Below, in pieces: positions 49,520 through 63,630 of a stretch of DNA of 64,000 nt. The notes beneath the pieces were generated by a model. The model saw nothing but the letters and a program-made list of their open reading frames with translations. It was not told where the DNA came from and ran no database searches. Position numbers and translations under genes: made by a program. Source of the stretch: Azolla caroliniana (lineage: Eukaryota; Plantae; Polypodiophyta); the NCBI GenBank assembly GCA_043228905.1, contig JBHGNT010000012.1, forward strand, positions 4,774,001-4,838,000. Direction: 5' to 3'. Every line of letters begins with the position of its first letter. Position 1 is the first letter of the stretch.

Positions 49520-49579
49520 ATGACAGCATCTGCTGCAGCTTCCATGGCGGATCTTCATCTCCTCGTGCCCCCGCAGTAG
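49520..49579 (+). promoter_or_regulatory. Upstream ORF, 19 aa, in the kinase 5' leader
   Basis: ATG...TAG encoding MTASAAASMADLHLLVPPQ, downstream of a (CT)n tract and about 100 nt upstream of the main ATG. Its position inside the transcript is inferred. Confidence 0.45.
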
Positions 49580-49681
49580 CAGCTCTTAATCTACACATTT
49601 CTTTGTCTTCCAATCCCGTTTTCCATTTTCCATTTCCTCTTCTCTTCCTTCTGTCACCTCTCAGCTGCGATATTCACAATT

Positions 49682-52600
49682 ATGTACGGTTCATCAGACA
49701 CAGAATCAGGTAAAGAAGACGATGAAGAAGAAGAGAAGATAAGAAACGGAGGAGGAGGAGGAAGTGCAAATGATGATGGTGATAGTGAGGACGAGGAGGA
49801 TAGTTTTGCAGAAGCAGCAGGAGCTGCTGCTCTGGCTCGTGGGAACCTGCACTTGAATATGCAGAAGGAGAAAGTGTGTGGAGAAGTCCTAAAGAAGCTG
49901 AGCGAAGCAGGTTGCGAGCAGGTCCGCCTTCCTGGCTTTGCAGACGAACTCAAAGCTCACTTCATGCGCCTTCCTAGCAGGTTTACCCCATCTCATCCCC
50001 TCACCATATCGATATCCATCTCTCTCTCTCTCTCTCTGGTAATGTTTAGGAAATGTTCAGACCAGTCTCTAATAATCCTTTCAATTTATCACTTGAGATC
50101 GACCTGCGTGAAACTATAAATTGATGATTGTTTGACATTGATCCGTTGCTTGAGATTGTTTTTCTTTGATTTAATTACACATACATATTACTTTCTTGCG
50201 TTTGATTTTTTTTAAAACACAAATACGAAAAATGGAAACACAGACTGTAGAAGTGAACTGAAAAATCTTGAAAGAAAGCCATTGAATAACATCCGAAGAT
50301 GTATTATTACTCAGATTTTCCCATAAGATCCATACTTTCGTATTTATGTCTACACACATACACATATTCGTATACGTATACCTATCCACATATGTATACA
50401 TCTGCATATCTACATATATACATGTATGTATGTATGTATGTATGTATGTATGTATGTATGTATGTAGATAGATAGATGGATAGAAAGTGCTGTAATTTTT
50501 GGGACAATTTATTTTATTCTTTCTAAAGAACCATAGAAAAATTTGAAGTACATGAACATTGGTACAACTGTATCAAATGTAAAAATTTACTGAAGTATTT
50601 CTCAGATCATGCTCGCAGATATGCTTTGGATGTTAACACTGAGAGGGCTGATGATGTTCTGTTGCACCAGAAGCTTTTGAAACAGGCAGAAATTCCAGAA
50701 AATAGACCAACATTGTTGGTTCGTGATGTTTGTGTAAGTGCTATTCCTTCTTCAATTTTATTGATAAACTTACACCTATATGATCCTGATGATTGGGGAG
50801 AGCAATTGTATGAATGCATATTTAAAAAGCATTTAAGAGACACTTTTCCAGTAATGACTAAATTGAATCCAAAACATTTGGGATCTTGATTCTGAAAATC
50901 TTAGAATTTTGATTTTCTTGTGTCGTAGCCTTATAGTTAATCTCTTTGACACCTAGCAATGAAATTTACACAGTGCTTGTGTCAACCCCGAAATTATCAT
51001 TTTTTCTTTTCCACAATCCATTTTTGTTGATACCCCTTCTGTTCCTGCCATTGGCAGACGTGTGTGAATTAAACCTTCTAATGTTCTTGGGTAAGATGAT
51101 GAGTGAAATATATATATTGTGATTACAAAATTGGGCAGTCTTCATTACCCAATTGGTCCATGAGCCATTAGCCATGCTGCAACAACCCTGATCTACTGAC
51201 AATAGATCATAAGGTCATAACAGAGAGGGTCCTCACCATACGTGTTCTGTAGTATTAGATAAATCCCAAAAGACAATGTTAGATTTACTTCTTTGCTGCT
51301 GTCATTGGGAGAAGACGACGAATAACCAAACCTTGGAGTTATATACTCATGCACAACTGGAAACTTCTGCAGATGTACTGTATACATTTCTTTAATGATA
51401 CAAAAGCGTATGTATTACTTCGCCTATTTTTTAAATAAGTGGCGAAGAACCATATTTTAAGCTATGCATACATAATCTCTCCATTTCTTTAAATTTACAC
51501 ACAAAACAATTTGCATAAGGGAGATTGACTTCATATATTGGCCTACTTTTTAGGTAACCTACATCTTGCGACATTAGCAATGAAGTATATAAGAAACACA
51601 ACCCTAGATAAAATCGAGCTCAATGAAGAGTATGCAGCCTAGAACATTTCTTGAACCTATACCGTATATATGTCTGTCTGTCTGTCTCATTGAACAATTT
51701 CGTTTTAATTTCTTTATTTTTTCCAAATAGAATAGTATTCTATTATTAAATCCGAGCTAATTTACTTATAAAAAATTAGCTCATGTATATTCTAGCAATA
51801 CAATAATTTGTAAGGTTTAAATGGATTTTTAATTCTAAACGTATTTTTACATTCCAAATATTTTGACCAAATCTGCTGCTAGTGTATTTGATAGTTCAAG
51901 CTTGTTGCGAGTTTCACAATCCGAAATTTTAAGATATTTCTTTTCTTTCAATTTTATAAAGGTTCTAGGAACTGGTTGGGGGTTGGGTGAAGAATCCTCT
52001 CCATCATCTGTTCCAATCCCAAACAATGAACCGTTCATGGATTCCCCAGATTTTGTGAAATCTCATAATGGCAGGTCCTTTGCTGAACTTTTGAAACTAT
52101 GTTTCTACTTACCACTGGAATTTTCTCAAATTTTGCAACATTTTGAGAGTTTGCTGATTCTTGCAGTATCAATGCACCAGCATATGGGAAACTGGAGACT
52201 TTATCTATTGAAAAGGGTTATCCTTCAGCTGTTGATGGAGTGGATAGTGAAAAAAACTCATCAAGGCAATTTTAATTTTTATTGGTGCAATATTAACTTG
52301 ATTTAGGGAAAGGTCCCTGATTTGAAAAAATTATTTTCTCTGCTCATTTAGGTTAAATATCAGTATTTGAATTTCTCTTTATTTCCTCATAGGAGCTGCT
52401 TTATCTGTGGGTTTATTTTCTTTTTATTTTGTTGGAGAAGGGAAGATCTTATGGAATGTTCTGGACAGGTCAAGGAGTCGATGTGCTCCTATGTATGAAA
52501 TCACATTTTCTACAATTGACAAGACAAAACTTCTTAGTCAGGTATTTTTTTCTTAGGATTTTGCTGCCGTAAGATTATGTCAAAAAAGCTGATACTAGAC

Positions 52601-55600
52601 ATTTTTCTTTTTTCTTTTAGCTTTCCTCGTTGCTAGGGGATGCAGGTCTAAATATACGTGAAGCTCATGTGTATTCCACAACAGATGGTTATTCATTGGA
52701 TGTATTTATAGTAGATGGATGGCATGTAGAGGTTTGTAACATAACAATGCAAACTAGTGTTCTTGAATAAATTAGCACCTTAGGATGTGTGATAGCACAA
52801 ATTTCCTTGCCATTATCTGGTTCAACAAGTCCTTTCCTCTGCGAAACATTTCATCCACTGAATAGATGAATAATTAGCAAAACTAGGAGGACTTGTGATG
52901 TTGCCTGTTTTTATTGACAGGAACAATGAAGAGACCAAGAATGCTGACTTCATGCCATGATGTGGTCAGGACACTGAAGATTTGGAACAAGCTTTGCGGA
53001 ATGCTATCAACTCAATGGGGGTATGTCTATGCAAGAGCCTGTTATTTGATCGATTTTCAGAGAATGTCATCTGGATAAGCGTGAAACCGAGTATCAATGT
53101 CAAAGAGGGTAGTATGAATTGGGGTAGAAAGTAGATCTTGCTATAAATGCATGTCATTCTCAATTGTTTTCAATTTTAGCTTAGAATCCTTGATTTTTCA
53201 TATGTGTTGTAATTGATATTGTGGGAATGGAATAGTTTTTACATTTCTGAAGAAACTTCAATTTGCATTCTTTTATAAAAGTGTACAGATATCCAGATTT
53301 TTTTATCAGAATTTAACGTCAAATTATGTATTTTAATGTAGCCTTCTTAATAAGGCCGTCCTTTATTCTGCTCCACACTTTTATAGTAGTTTTATATTTC
53401 TCAGATATATTTGCAGAGTTCCATCTTCCAGTCTAATAAAGATTGCTAATGTTAAGACAAAGAAGTAAGTACGTTTTCAATATTGGCTAAGAGAAGAGGA
53501 AGTGAAGTTGTAGAAAGCTCAAATCAGGATTACAAGAAGCTGCTGGAAAAAATATGGAGAATAAATTATCTGTTAAAGATAGTAGATTAGCCTGGATTTT
53601 AAGCTGATTGTGATTGCTATTCATCACTGACGTTGATTAGCAGCTTGGAATTTCTTGTTATTGGCATTGTTGTCAAATTTAATTCAGAGCTATATGAAAC
53701 ACCAATGCATATAATCATTCAACAGTTATTGTATGATTTTTTATGATTGCTGGACTATGTTTTTATGAGTTTGTTATGATTGTTGTCAAATTTAATTCAG
53801 AGCTATATGAAACACCAACACATATAATCATTCAACAGTTATTGTGTGATTTGTTATGATTGCTGGACTATGTTTGTATGAATTGGCTGGGCTGGTTGTG
53901 ATACAAAAATGTACCGTGCTGCTCTCTTTTATGATTTCCACTGACTTACTCTTTTCCAGCAGAAATCAGCATGGGTAGAATCATCACCATCCTCTTCCCC
54001 TCATTTATCTAGAGGCAAAGATCCTAGTCTTGGAATTGGTGCACGACCTCCAGATTTGGGTGATGATTGGGAGCTTGATGGGAACTTATTAAAGCTTGAG
54101 AAGAAAGTTGCTTCTGGTTCTTTTGGTGACTTGTAAGCTCAATCATGGCAATATTGGCAAAATCACTAATGACTTTAAAAGGCTTACCTGGTTTTCATGT
54201 TTATATTGCAGATATCGAGGCACTTATTGTGGGCAAGATGTGGCAATCAAAGTTTTGAAACAGGAGAATCTTAATGAAGAGTTAGAGCAAGAGTTTTCCC
54301 AAGAAGTGTTTATTATGAGGTAATTGTTTTCTATAAAAGAAATTTCAGTGTTAATGTCTATATGCAGTGTATAGAACGAAATTATTTATTGCACAAACAG
54401 CTTTTTGATGAGGTAGTTAATGAACAATTGGAATGGAAATCAACTGTTGCCAATTGGAGTTTGGTACAAGGGCTGAGATTATCCAATAAAGAGGAGAGTT
54501 GATTGCTGATTATGGCATAATGGTTCTAGCTGAAAAGTGATAGTAGTCAATAGAGTCTACATCAGAAGCAGCACACGATATTTCTGATAGTATTTTGGCG
54601 GTGTTCAGTCCAGACATTGTTGTGAATGTAACATTAGATGTCGATGAAGCTTAGGTCACGCAAATATACTTTACCATTTTTTTTTGTTATGTGGGTCAAA
54701 GTATTCATTAGTGAAGAAGCTGATAGATTGTAATAAATTTTTTCTTCAAAAGATATCTAGCATAGATTGATGCAAAATGGAGAGGTCTCTAAAGCGATGG
54801 AAGAACATGTGGTGGCTGGAGATAATGGCCTTTGTCTGTTGATGACAAGGGTGGTGAGATCGTTGTCCACGAGACCAGGGCCTACGTGCACTGCAAATTG
54901 CTATTACCCGATTTATTGTGACATCTTTACAACGTCCTGGTCAGGAGCCTACTTGTGTAGCCCTTGATTGATTTTTAGCATGACTTGAAGCTATGGGGCT
55001 AAAGAAAGTGTGGTCGTTCTTTGTTGATGAGCTTCTGTGGTTGTATTTTTGTCCTTCAACAACTTCTCTCTGTGTTGCTCGAGTTCTAGCAAGAACAACT
55101 ATAGACACCGTTCGTATTCATATTCCATCATCTTGCATAGTGGGCCAATTCCTTAGTTAAAAAGGGAATGGTATCTTCCTCTTACTTCTTTAAAAACAGT
55201 ACAATGATAAACATGGCATTCTTCAAATTCTACTCACCGATGACAGAATTGGCAAATTCTTTGAAGGTGTTCATACATATTTGCCTACCTTAATGTCTAA
55301 CTGATGTGAAGAGGTCCACAACTGCCCTATCACACTTCACAATGCATATGATAGACATATGTCCATATAAGAGGGCTGGTGATGAATCCATTCTCTAATG
55401 TGTGTAAAGTGTGCCTTCTTCCTACGAAGAGATGTTGTGGGGCTGATTCATGTTCTTCCGATATCCAAGTTGATAATATAGTTCGGATCATGTTTAGATG
55501 GGGACAATCCAAGCTGTATTGGAATGGGGGTAATGCATTTATGCTTATGCCATGCGACCCGAACCATTGTTATGTTCCAGCATACCAGCAATGATAATCT

Positions 55601-58600
55601 CTGTGCTTAATAAGTTTTTTGTATGACATAAGTGCCAACCTTGAGTACCTTTGTTTAGAAACAATGAGAGCCTCTTGAGGGAGAGGTTAACAACATTGAT
55701 CCATCTAGACAGACATCTGTCATTGATTTCTTTCACATTGATACATCTAGGCTATCTCACGGTGCCCCAAAAACATCCTGGCCAAAGCGGATTCATTACT
55801 CATGATAACTAGAGCCATTTCTTTGTGTGGGAATGTCATGACGAGTAAAGAGACAGATGCATATGTGCATGTTCATAGGTATAGTATTGTTTACATGTGT
55901 GTGTTTAACCTGTGAGGCAAGAGGAACATAAGATGGTGTAATGAACTAAATGAAGAGTGTGTGAGTGAATATCGACTGACTTGCATGCAGCTTGCATGAT
56001 AACTACCACGAGGAATATATTAGCAAGATTCACCATCATTAATGCTTTACAGTGACCAGGTTGGCTCCTCAACCGATTGGACTTATCTTACTTTATCCAC
56101 CCATATATACATGTGCCTAAGCATGTATAGTACATGCATGCCACTCACCATATCCATTTCTATAATGTTATTTGTGCCATACCTGCTCTTGTGTCATACA
56201 TACTCCTCCCATGAAATACACCATCTACTTTGCCTTTCCCCTTACATGTCAAAGGTCCGCCGAGCAAATCGTCTGTCCTACATTCACTGCATTTCATAAA
56301 GGATAATCTCCCACACTCATCTTGAGTGGGATCATGCACCTCTGAGTTGAGTCTTCTTAACTCTACTATCCCAATGGAAGTTTGGTTTACCATATTGCAA
56401 CATGAACTGTGTGTAGCCTCCACCATTCCGCACCAATGGCGTAAGGTGTTTTTGCATTTCCACCACCCCCATCTTGAGTAATTGAGCTATGATCAAGATT
56501 TCAAGGTCCTTCATAAATGTGTGGAACATCAATCTACTTATGTATACCTATGAACATTGTTAGTGTGGGTATTATCTTGAGCACATGTGGTGGCAGTGTG
56601 ATAGGCACACTGTAGTGACGAGGGAGTTTATAAAGCATCACACCCTAATTACGAGATGAATACATCTCATTACAAGAGCAAGTGGGCAATATCCGTCTTA
56701 TGGATCCTACAACATGAGTATGGAAGGTAGCACAATTACCAATCAAGGAGAGATTTGTAAGAGAAATGTTGATGTATTGGAATGGAAAGTGACATGACTA
56801 CATAGGTTTGGAATGTCAGAGAATCTAGATAATGCATGGATGTGCACACAATTATTTGTGGCACCATATGGAATTGGCATGTTGATTCAGATACATTGTA
56901 CCGTGTACACTACATGTCCCACTGACTACTATTGGATCACCCTATGATGGCATACTACTATTTATATTTAGAAAGGACAACAATTTCAGTTCCAATGATG
57001 AGGTCCGAAACCTTATTGTTGCTTACTACTATTTATATTTTGAAAGGGCAACAATTTCACTTCCAAATATGTGGCATCAAACCTGACTGTTGCATATTCA
57101 TCATTTGTTTATCATGGAAGAAAAGATATGTGTAGTTCTTAAAAGTTATGGCTGAATATAGGTGTTCAGCTTTTTGTTCTTCTATGTAAGGATTTTGGGC
57201 ATTTCTCTTTCTTGTACAGGAAAGTTCGGCATAAAAATGTAGTCCAGTTTATTGGAGCTTGTACAAGGGCATCACAATTCTGTATAGTCACAGGTTTGCA
57301 TGAACCACAATGATAATGAATATTGGCATTATTCATTGAAATTCAACAATATTTTCCTAATAGAAAATCCTTCTATAAATCCAACTCTATATATTTCTGA
57401 GATCGTGGATCAAGATTCTGCCTAATCTGTTTATCACTTGTTTATTCTTGTGTTACAGAATTTATGGCAGGTGGCAGCCTTTATGACTATTTACATAAAC
57501 AGAAATGTGGAATTAAAATACCAAGGTTATTAAGAATAGCCCTTGATGTTGCAAAAGGAATGGATTATTTACACCAGAATAAAATTATACACAGGGATTT
57601 GAAAGCGGCAAACCTTCTATTGGATGAAAATGATGTAAGTTATACATTGATCATAGGAAAACAAGAAATTGTATTATTATTCCGTCTCCTAGAGCAATCA
57701 AATTTATATTCCTGAGATTTCTATAATCGAATATTGAAGATTGACATTGTTTTGGAATTGTGGATTTGTTCCTCTTTCAAGGCAATCATTTGGTATTAAT
57801 TGTGACTGTTTTTATTTTGATGAGATTTAAGCGAATGAATATTTTTTGTGGGCATTGTTTTACATTTTTACTGCCCTTCCCTTTTTTAGGTCTTGTGGCA
57901 ACCAGATGCTTCTATTTAACTTTTTGTGTATGAGTTGTGATCACTCACCAAATATCTAATTAAGTATTTTCATGACAATGAGAAGGTTGTCAAGGTGGCA
58001 GACTTTGGTGTTGCTCGATTCCAAACTCAAGGTGGAGCAATGACAGCAGAGACAGGAACCTATAGATGGATGGCCCCAGAGGTATGCCTTTATTACCACA
58101 TCTATCATTTTTGGAAGCATAGGTCAAAAATTTATCAGCAATATTGTTACTATAGGAAAAAACCTAAACAATTAAAATTGTTGGCTGTATATCTGTCAAA
58201 TATTGCCATATGTTTTGAATTTTGTATAAAACTTTTGTTTTTCAAAGATTTCCCGTTCTGGATAATATTGCGTTAACTTTATAATCTTCACATAACAGTT
58301 GTGTCAGCAGAAATTTATATATGTATTTCTCCAGCAAAGTCTCAAATTGTAGAGGACATTCCATGTCATCAGTGTCAAAAGTTAATTTGTACATGTGAAT
58401 GAAATTAGAAAATTCAAAGGAAGGCAGATAAAGTTTGACAATATATGGCACATTGCTATTGCTGATAAGCAGATTCGTTCTTCCATAAATTTGCATTAAT
58501 ATTTGCCTATCTGAATTTCCAACTGATGTGAAGAGGTCTTGAGCTGCTCTATCACATTACGGGATTCACGAGATAGATGTGTATCCATATCAGAGGCTTG

Positions 58601-60449
58601 ATGATAAATCCATCCTGCAACATGTGTAAAAAGAATGCCTCATAGGGTTATCTTCCTACCAAGAGATGTTGTGGGGTTGATCCATGTTCTTTCATTATCC
58701 AATTCAATGGTATTGGTTCAGATCACGCTATTGTTTTCCTCTTTCGTATTGTCAAAGGGGTACTACAATTAGGAATCAACATCAGAAAGACTTTGTTAAT
58801 CTAGTTTTGGTTTTGCCATTTTGTTCCAGATAGAATAGGATAAGTGACTCAAATAAGTAGAGTAATTTTTATACAGATTTTTGTCCGACCAGATTGGGAG
58901 TTCCAAATGGTTATTATTGGGGAGACTTGTGCATAACCTACCACACTTTCTCATAAAGTTTTATGTTCCAAGAGATAAGGATGAGTTCTCTATCTACTTG
59001 AATGGGCAAATGATGGGGATTAAACATGGATAATCCAAGCTATATCGGAAAAGGGGTAGTGAGTTTGTACTTCATACCATGTAAATGGAACGATTATTGC
59101 ATTTCAGCACATCAACAATACAGTGTTGAAGGTATTTTTGAAAATCCACAAGGTAACAAAAGTCTCCTTTATAGTTTTGTCCCTCAATAAGGTAATGGAT
59201 GTTTAATATGTGATCCAAACTCGTGAACTCCTTTTTGAAACTTAATCTGATTGAATGACTACACTTTCTCACTGCCCATACTCTCAAATTTGACTCTAGG
59301 GTTGAGCCATTTTGTTTAGCCAAATAGCTGATAATGATAGCCCTATAATTTTTCTAGGTATCATGGGATCTCTGCCCTTGAATATCCATATGATGGTATA
59401 TCTTGTCTTTCTATTAGAGAAGCCCGTGCATAAAACAAGAGAGGAATGGAACCGAACATGTTCATATGGTTCACACTAGAGTATTGGAAGGACTTAAAGA
59501 TATGTCATTATTAGATCCTATGCATATATTTAAGAACGTAGGTCACTCCCTTTGAAAGCATCTTGTATGTCTTAAAAATATTCCTGTATCAAGAGCATCT
59601 TTAGAGGAGTTTCATTCAAAACCACACCTATGGCCTCTAGACAATACATTGTGATTTGATGCGGAGCATTTTCAAGATGGATGACACGGCTCTCTCAGGA
59701 CTTAAAGTAATGCTTCACAAAGAATCACCATGTATTGTGCAACAAAGTGATCAATGTCGGGAAATGAAGGCAAGGATTAAGCAAAGATTACCCCAAAGAT
59801 TTGGAAGAGATTTGCAATTAGCACAAAGATAAAGCAGACAAATGTGGAGATCAAAGAGACTCAGTAGACATTGAGAAGGTGTAATTAGAAATTCAATAGA
59901 GTTTAATAGAGGGACTCAGAAGAGATCAACGTAAAGAACCAGCAAACTTGAGTCATGTGCTGGATGAAAGAGTACTTGAAGCTGTGTAGTTTACCTTGTG
60001 AGAGGTCCTTGGGATCAATAGAAAGGAATTCCACGATGTCATCCCAGGAAATGGGAATGTACAGAAAGGAAATTCAATGAATATGCCAATGAATCCTATC
60101 ACCAATGCCAAAGAGGAGTGTTTGAGATTTGGCACTATTTTTTAGAATTTTTATTTTCACAATGTAGTTAACTTTTTGTGTGTGACAATGTGCATCTGTA
60201 GAATTTATCTTTATTATAAAGAGTTGTGTAATTGCTAGGTTATCAGTCATTTACCATACGGACACAAAGCGGATGTATTCAGCTTTGGAATTGTATTGTG
60301 GGAATTATTAACTGGGAAGGTAATTCATGCAATTTGTTTGATGCCGTGGAACTTGAATAACAATGTTAGTATTTTAATTTATTCTTTATGTATGCCAGCT
60401 TCCATACGAGTCTATGAACCCTGTGCAAGCTGCGATTGGTGTTCGGCAG
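49682..60449 (+). CDS. ACT-domain Ser/Thr/Tyr protein kinase, STY8/STY17/STY46-like (Raf-like); 3' exons not found, probably beyond the window
   Basis: Exons 49682-49980, 50619-50733, 51962-52074, 52167-52265, 52469-52541, 52621-52731, 52970-53020, 53960-54132, 54212-54319, 57220-57293, 57459-57634, 57986-58081, 60239-60319, 60399-60449. Motifs [16 protein letters not shown] ([33 protein letters not shown]), [52 protein letters not shown]. Confidence 0.93.
50422..50465. repeat. (TATG)n microsatellite in kinase intron 1
   Basis: Direct reading. Confidence 0.9.
53666..53881. repeat. Tandem duplication with a 113-bp period in kinase intron 7
   Basis: attgttgtcaaatttaattcagagc starts at 53666 and again at 53779. 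Confidence 0.9.
54730..54850 (+). repeat. Dispersed intronic repeat, copy in kinase intron 9
   Basis: aagatatctagcatag..atggagaggtctc..ggagataatggcctttgtctgt.gatgacaag matches 21370-21470. Confidence 0.7.
55230..56600 (-). mobile_element. Degenerate retroelement (probably gypsy pol) remnant in kinase intron 9
   Basis: Stop-rich RT/IN-like fragments. 55230-55560 is homologous to 58480-59060 in intron 12 (aactgatgtgaagaggtc; aagagatgttgtgggg). Confidence 0.45.
58480..59060 (-). mobile_element. Related degenerate retroelement remnant in kinase intron 12
   Basis: Shared blocks with 55230-55560. Confidence 0.45.
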
Positions 60450-63357
60450 GTACTCTTCTCTCTTTAATATTTCCAAGAAAAGTGCCCCTGAGGTAACTAA
60501 TAGTAATCCTTATATAATGAAAATAGTAAAATTAATTGATCAAAAGCACTTATGCTAGTTTTATAAGCTAGAAATCATTCTGAGAAATTACTCATGGTTA
60601 TAGACTTTATGAGCATGTCTTATAAGTTGTAATTTACCCAGCATGAGTCATAGTGTGTTGATATTGATAGATTGAATTTTGGACACTACATGGCATCCAT
60701 GAATGGTGCACGTATGTAGCTTTATTACTGCCCATTATGATCTTTTAGACATGTAAAGGTTCAGAGGTCACTTTGGCATTTTGAAAGCATTAATAATAAT
60801 CTTTCATTTTATTCCTCTCTATTTGATGACTGCTGCCATATCCTGCATATGCTTTTGACCTGAGACAACTTCTGCTACAACCTGATGCTCCGTCTGCAGT
60901 TTAGTGCGTTGTATATATGATAGGAGGTGGGAAGATGAAGTTAGAAACAGTGGCATTCATACGCCTCTAAGCTCTTCAATTGTGTTGTCATTTTATCATG
61001 TATGAGAGGGGGGTTGGCTAGATGAAATAAGAAAGGGGAACATGCATATTCTAGCATTCAGTCATTTTGTTTGGTCCTTTCCTCATACCTTCAGTGTTGT
61101 TAGCTTTGTTCTGGCTGCAATTTGTTTGGTTCTTCTCTCTTATATTCAGTTCGGGTAGCTTTGTTCTGGTTGGTTTGGTTGTGCTTCTACCAGTTAGGCT
61201 GGTCCGTTATTTCGAATTGGTGCTCATGAGTTGAGGCTCTCTCAAACTCATCTTAATACAATCTTCACATAACATTGTTACTGGAGGCCATGCTCTAGAG
61301 ATTTATTTAGAAGTTTCACCTTGAAAATCTCTAAATTGAAGGTGGTCCCCCACTTCGATTATATAAGGTTTGAAATATGTAAGTGAAGTTAACCGAAGAG
61401 ATGTATATGAAAAACGACCATTGAGCGGATGGATCACATGTGATCTAATATAGGAAAGTCCTTGACAGATGAAATGCATGGCAAGATGCAAAGCTGGTTG
61501 TTTATTTGGCCTCCTCCACATGGAGAGAATGTAGGAAAGGCTGTAAATAAATAAAAAGAAAATAAAAAAGACAAAGAAAATGTTTATGTGAAATCAATTG
61601 TTCAGCTTGGCATCCTTGAACTGATAACTGTATTTTGGCTAACTTATCTTTCTCTTTCTTTCACTACTGCCAATTTGGCTTTACACCAAATAAAATACAA
61701 GATGCTCTACAAGATGAAACTAAAAGCTACAGAAGTCAAATGGTTGCCAGGGCTAATTTACAATTCCCATGAACTCAGAAGTATGGTCGACCCTTGTCCA
61801 TGGACAACACCAATAAAAATACAAGATGTGTTACAAGATGAAATGAAAAGCAGTGTAAGTCAAATGGTTCCAATAGCTAAAGTCATAGCAGATATGTTGT
61901 CAGTCATTCTGTCATAGTTCTCTGCTATAAAAATATCTCTAAAGTAATGCAAAGAGGCATTAAGAGAGAATGTGTTTCAATTATATAGAAATATGTAGAA
62001 AAGGAAATGCAAACAAGCGTGGAGATGGCCAAAATTGTGATTTCATGAGGTGAGGATGCCCAAAAAGAAATCAAAAGAGAATGCACCTTTTTGAAGACAG
62101 TGGGAAATATTGAGGTTATGTTGAAGTAGGGAATAACAATAGATAAGGTGGGACTAATCAATGCCTGTAGAAGAATTCAAAAGGAAAACTTGACCAATGC
62201 ATGTGAGAATTATAGGATAGGTAGAAAGGGTAGCCATAAAAAGATGTTGAGAACCTAGGAAGCCTTATCATGGTGGTTTACATATGCCTTATCATGGTGG
62301 CAGGGAATGTGGGAAAGGTGAGTGACTATAGAGCGGTGGCCTTGATAATTCTTTCATGGACCTGGATAAAAAAGGTTTTCCTTTCTAAAAGTGTGGCGAC
62401 TCAAGGCTGAGTATATTTAGACAAAGATTTTATAGAGCTGAAATAGCAGCCAACAGAGAAAACACACCATAAGTGTGTATATCTGCCTTCGAGATTCTTT
62501 ACAGAAATGCGTCAATGCAGGAACATCAAAATACCAGATGCGCGCAAGTATTATTCATAATCCCTAGCAAGCAAAGAAAGAAGTCCAGAGGATCAGGAAT
62601 AGCGATATATTATTTAGCTTTTGTAACAATGGGCAATTGCAAGAAGTAGAACTTTATTAAGATGTTTCAATCCAGACAACATTTTCTACAACCTGCTTAC
62701 ACAAAAGTGTTGTACATGGGTCAAGGTTAAGATGCTTGTACATGCTGGAGTCCAATGTGGGGTGAGCTCAGTTGACTCCTTGATTGGTTCTCCATCCTGA
62801 TACCCGAATTGAGTGGGTTCTCTCTCTAATAATAGGCCCATTTCCCTGGCAACAAACTATACATACCTAGACTTCAGACTAGATATATCCATAATGTTCA
62901 GTCAAGAAACTAGATTCTTAGAAAGTGGATATTTCAAGAATGTTCAATCAAGAAACATATATTAATGTGTTTCTGCAACCTGCAATTGAATACTCGTGCC
63001 TCTCCTGAACAGATCATGTTGAAGTTTGCAAATGTTTTCCTGCCAGAGCAGCCGTTGTCTTCCAACAAAGATGGGGGAATATCAACTGTTAGAGAGAGCA
63101 CAAAAGAGGATCTACTTGTTCCTTTGATACAATGATGTGAAATAGACCCATGCAAGAGTAAATGGTGTATAGAAATGCTATGGTAAAATCATGCACTGCA
63201 TTTGTCAGTATCAAAGTTCGAATTCCCAATGTAATGTCACCAGTTCTCTTCAAATTTTAGACTACACTGAATCTTTTCAATTGACATGAATAAAAAGAAG
63301 AAATTCATTCATGAAAGAACGGGATTAGGTGAATGCCAAGCCGAAAACAGGAAGGAG

Positions 63358-63630
63358 CCTATGCATTTTTCATGCCTGGAGTTCGAAACAGAATAATGGA
63401 AAGGCAAGCAAGTTTTACCTGACTTAGCTGAAAAGTTATTTTCCTTTTGCAAACTTCAGGAGAGAGTGGATGGGCAGCAGTTCACGTAGAGAACCTATGC
63501 ATTTTTCATGCCTGGAGTTTGAAACAGAATAATGGAAAGGCAAGCAAGTTTTACCTGGCTTAGCTGAAAAGTTATTTTCCTTTTGCAAACTTCAGGAGAG
63601 AGTGGACTGGCAGGAGTTCATGTAGAGAAC
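63358..63630. repeat. Tandem duplication, 2 x ~136 bp
   Basis: cctatgcatttttcatgcctggag starts at 63358 and again at 63494. Confidence 0.92.

Noticed and set aside
61500-63300. Possible hAT transposase remnant or missing last kinase exons
   Set aside because: Only faint similarity, too degenerate to call. No GLRP-type kinase exon was found, so the gene end is assumed to lie outside the window.
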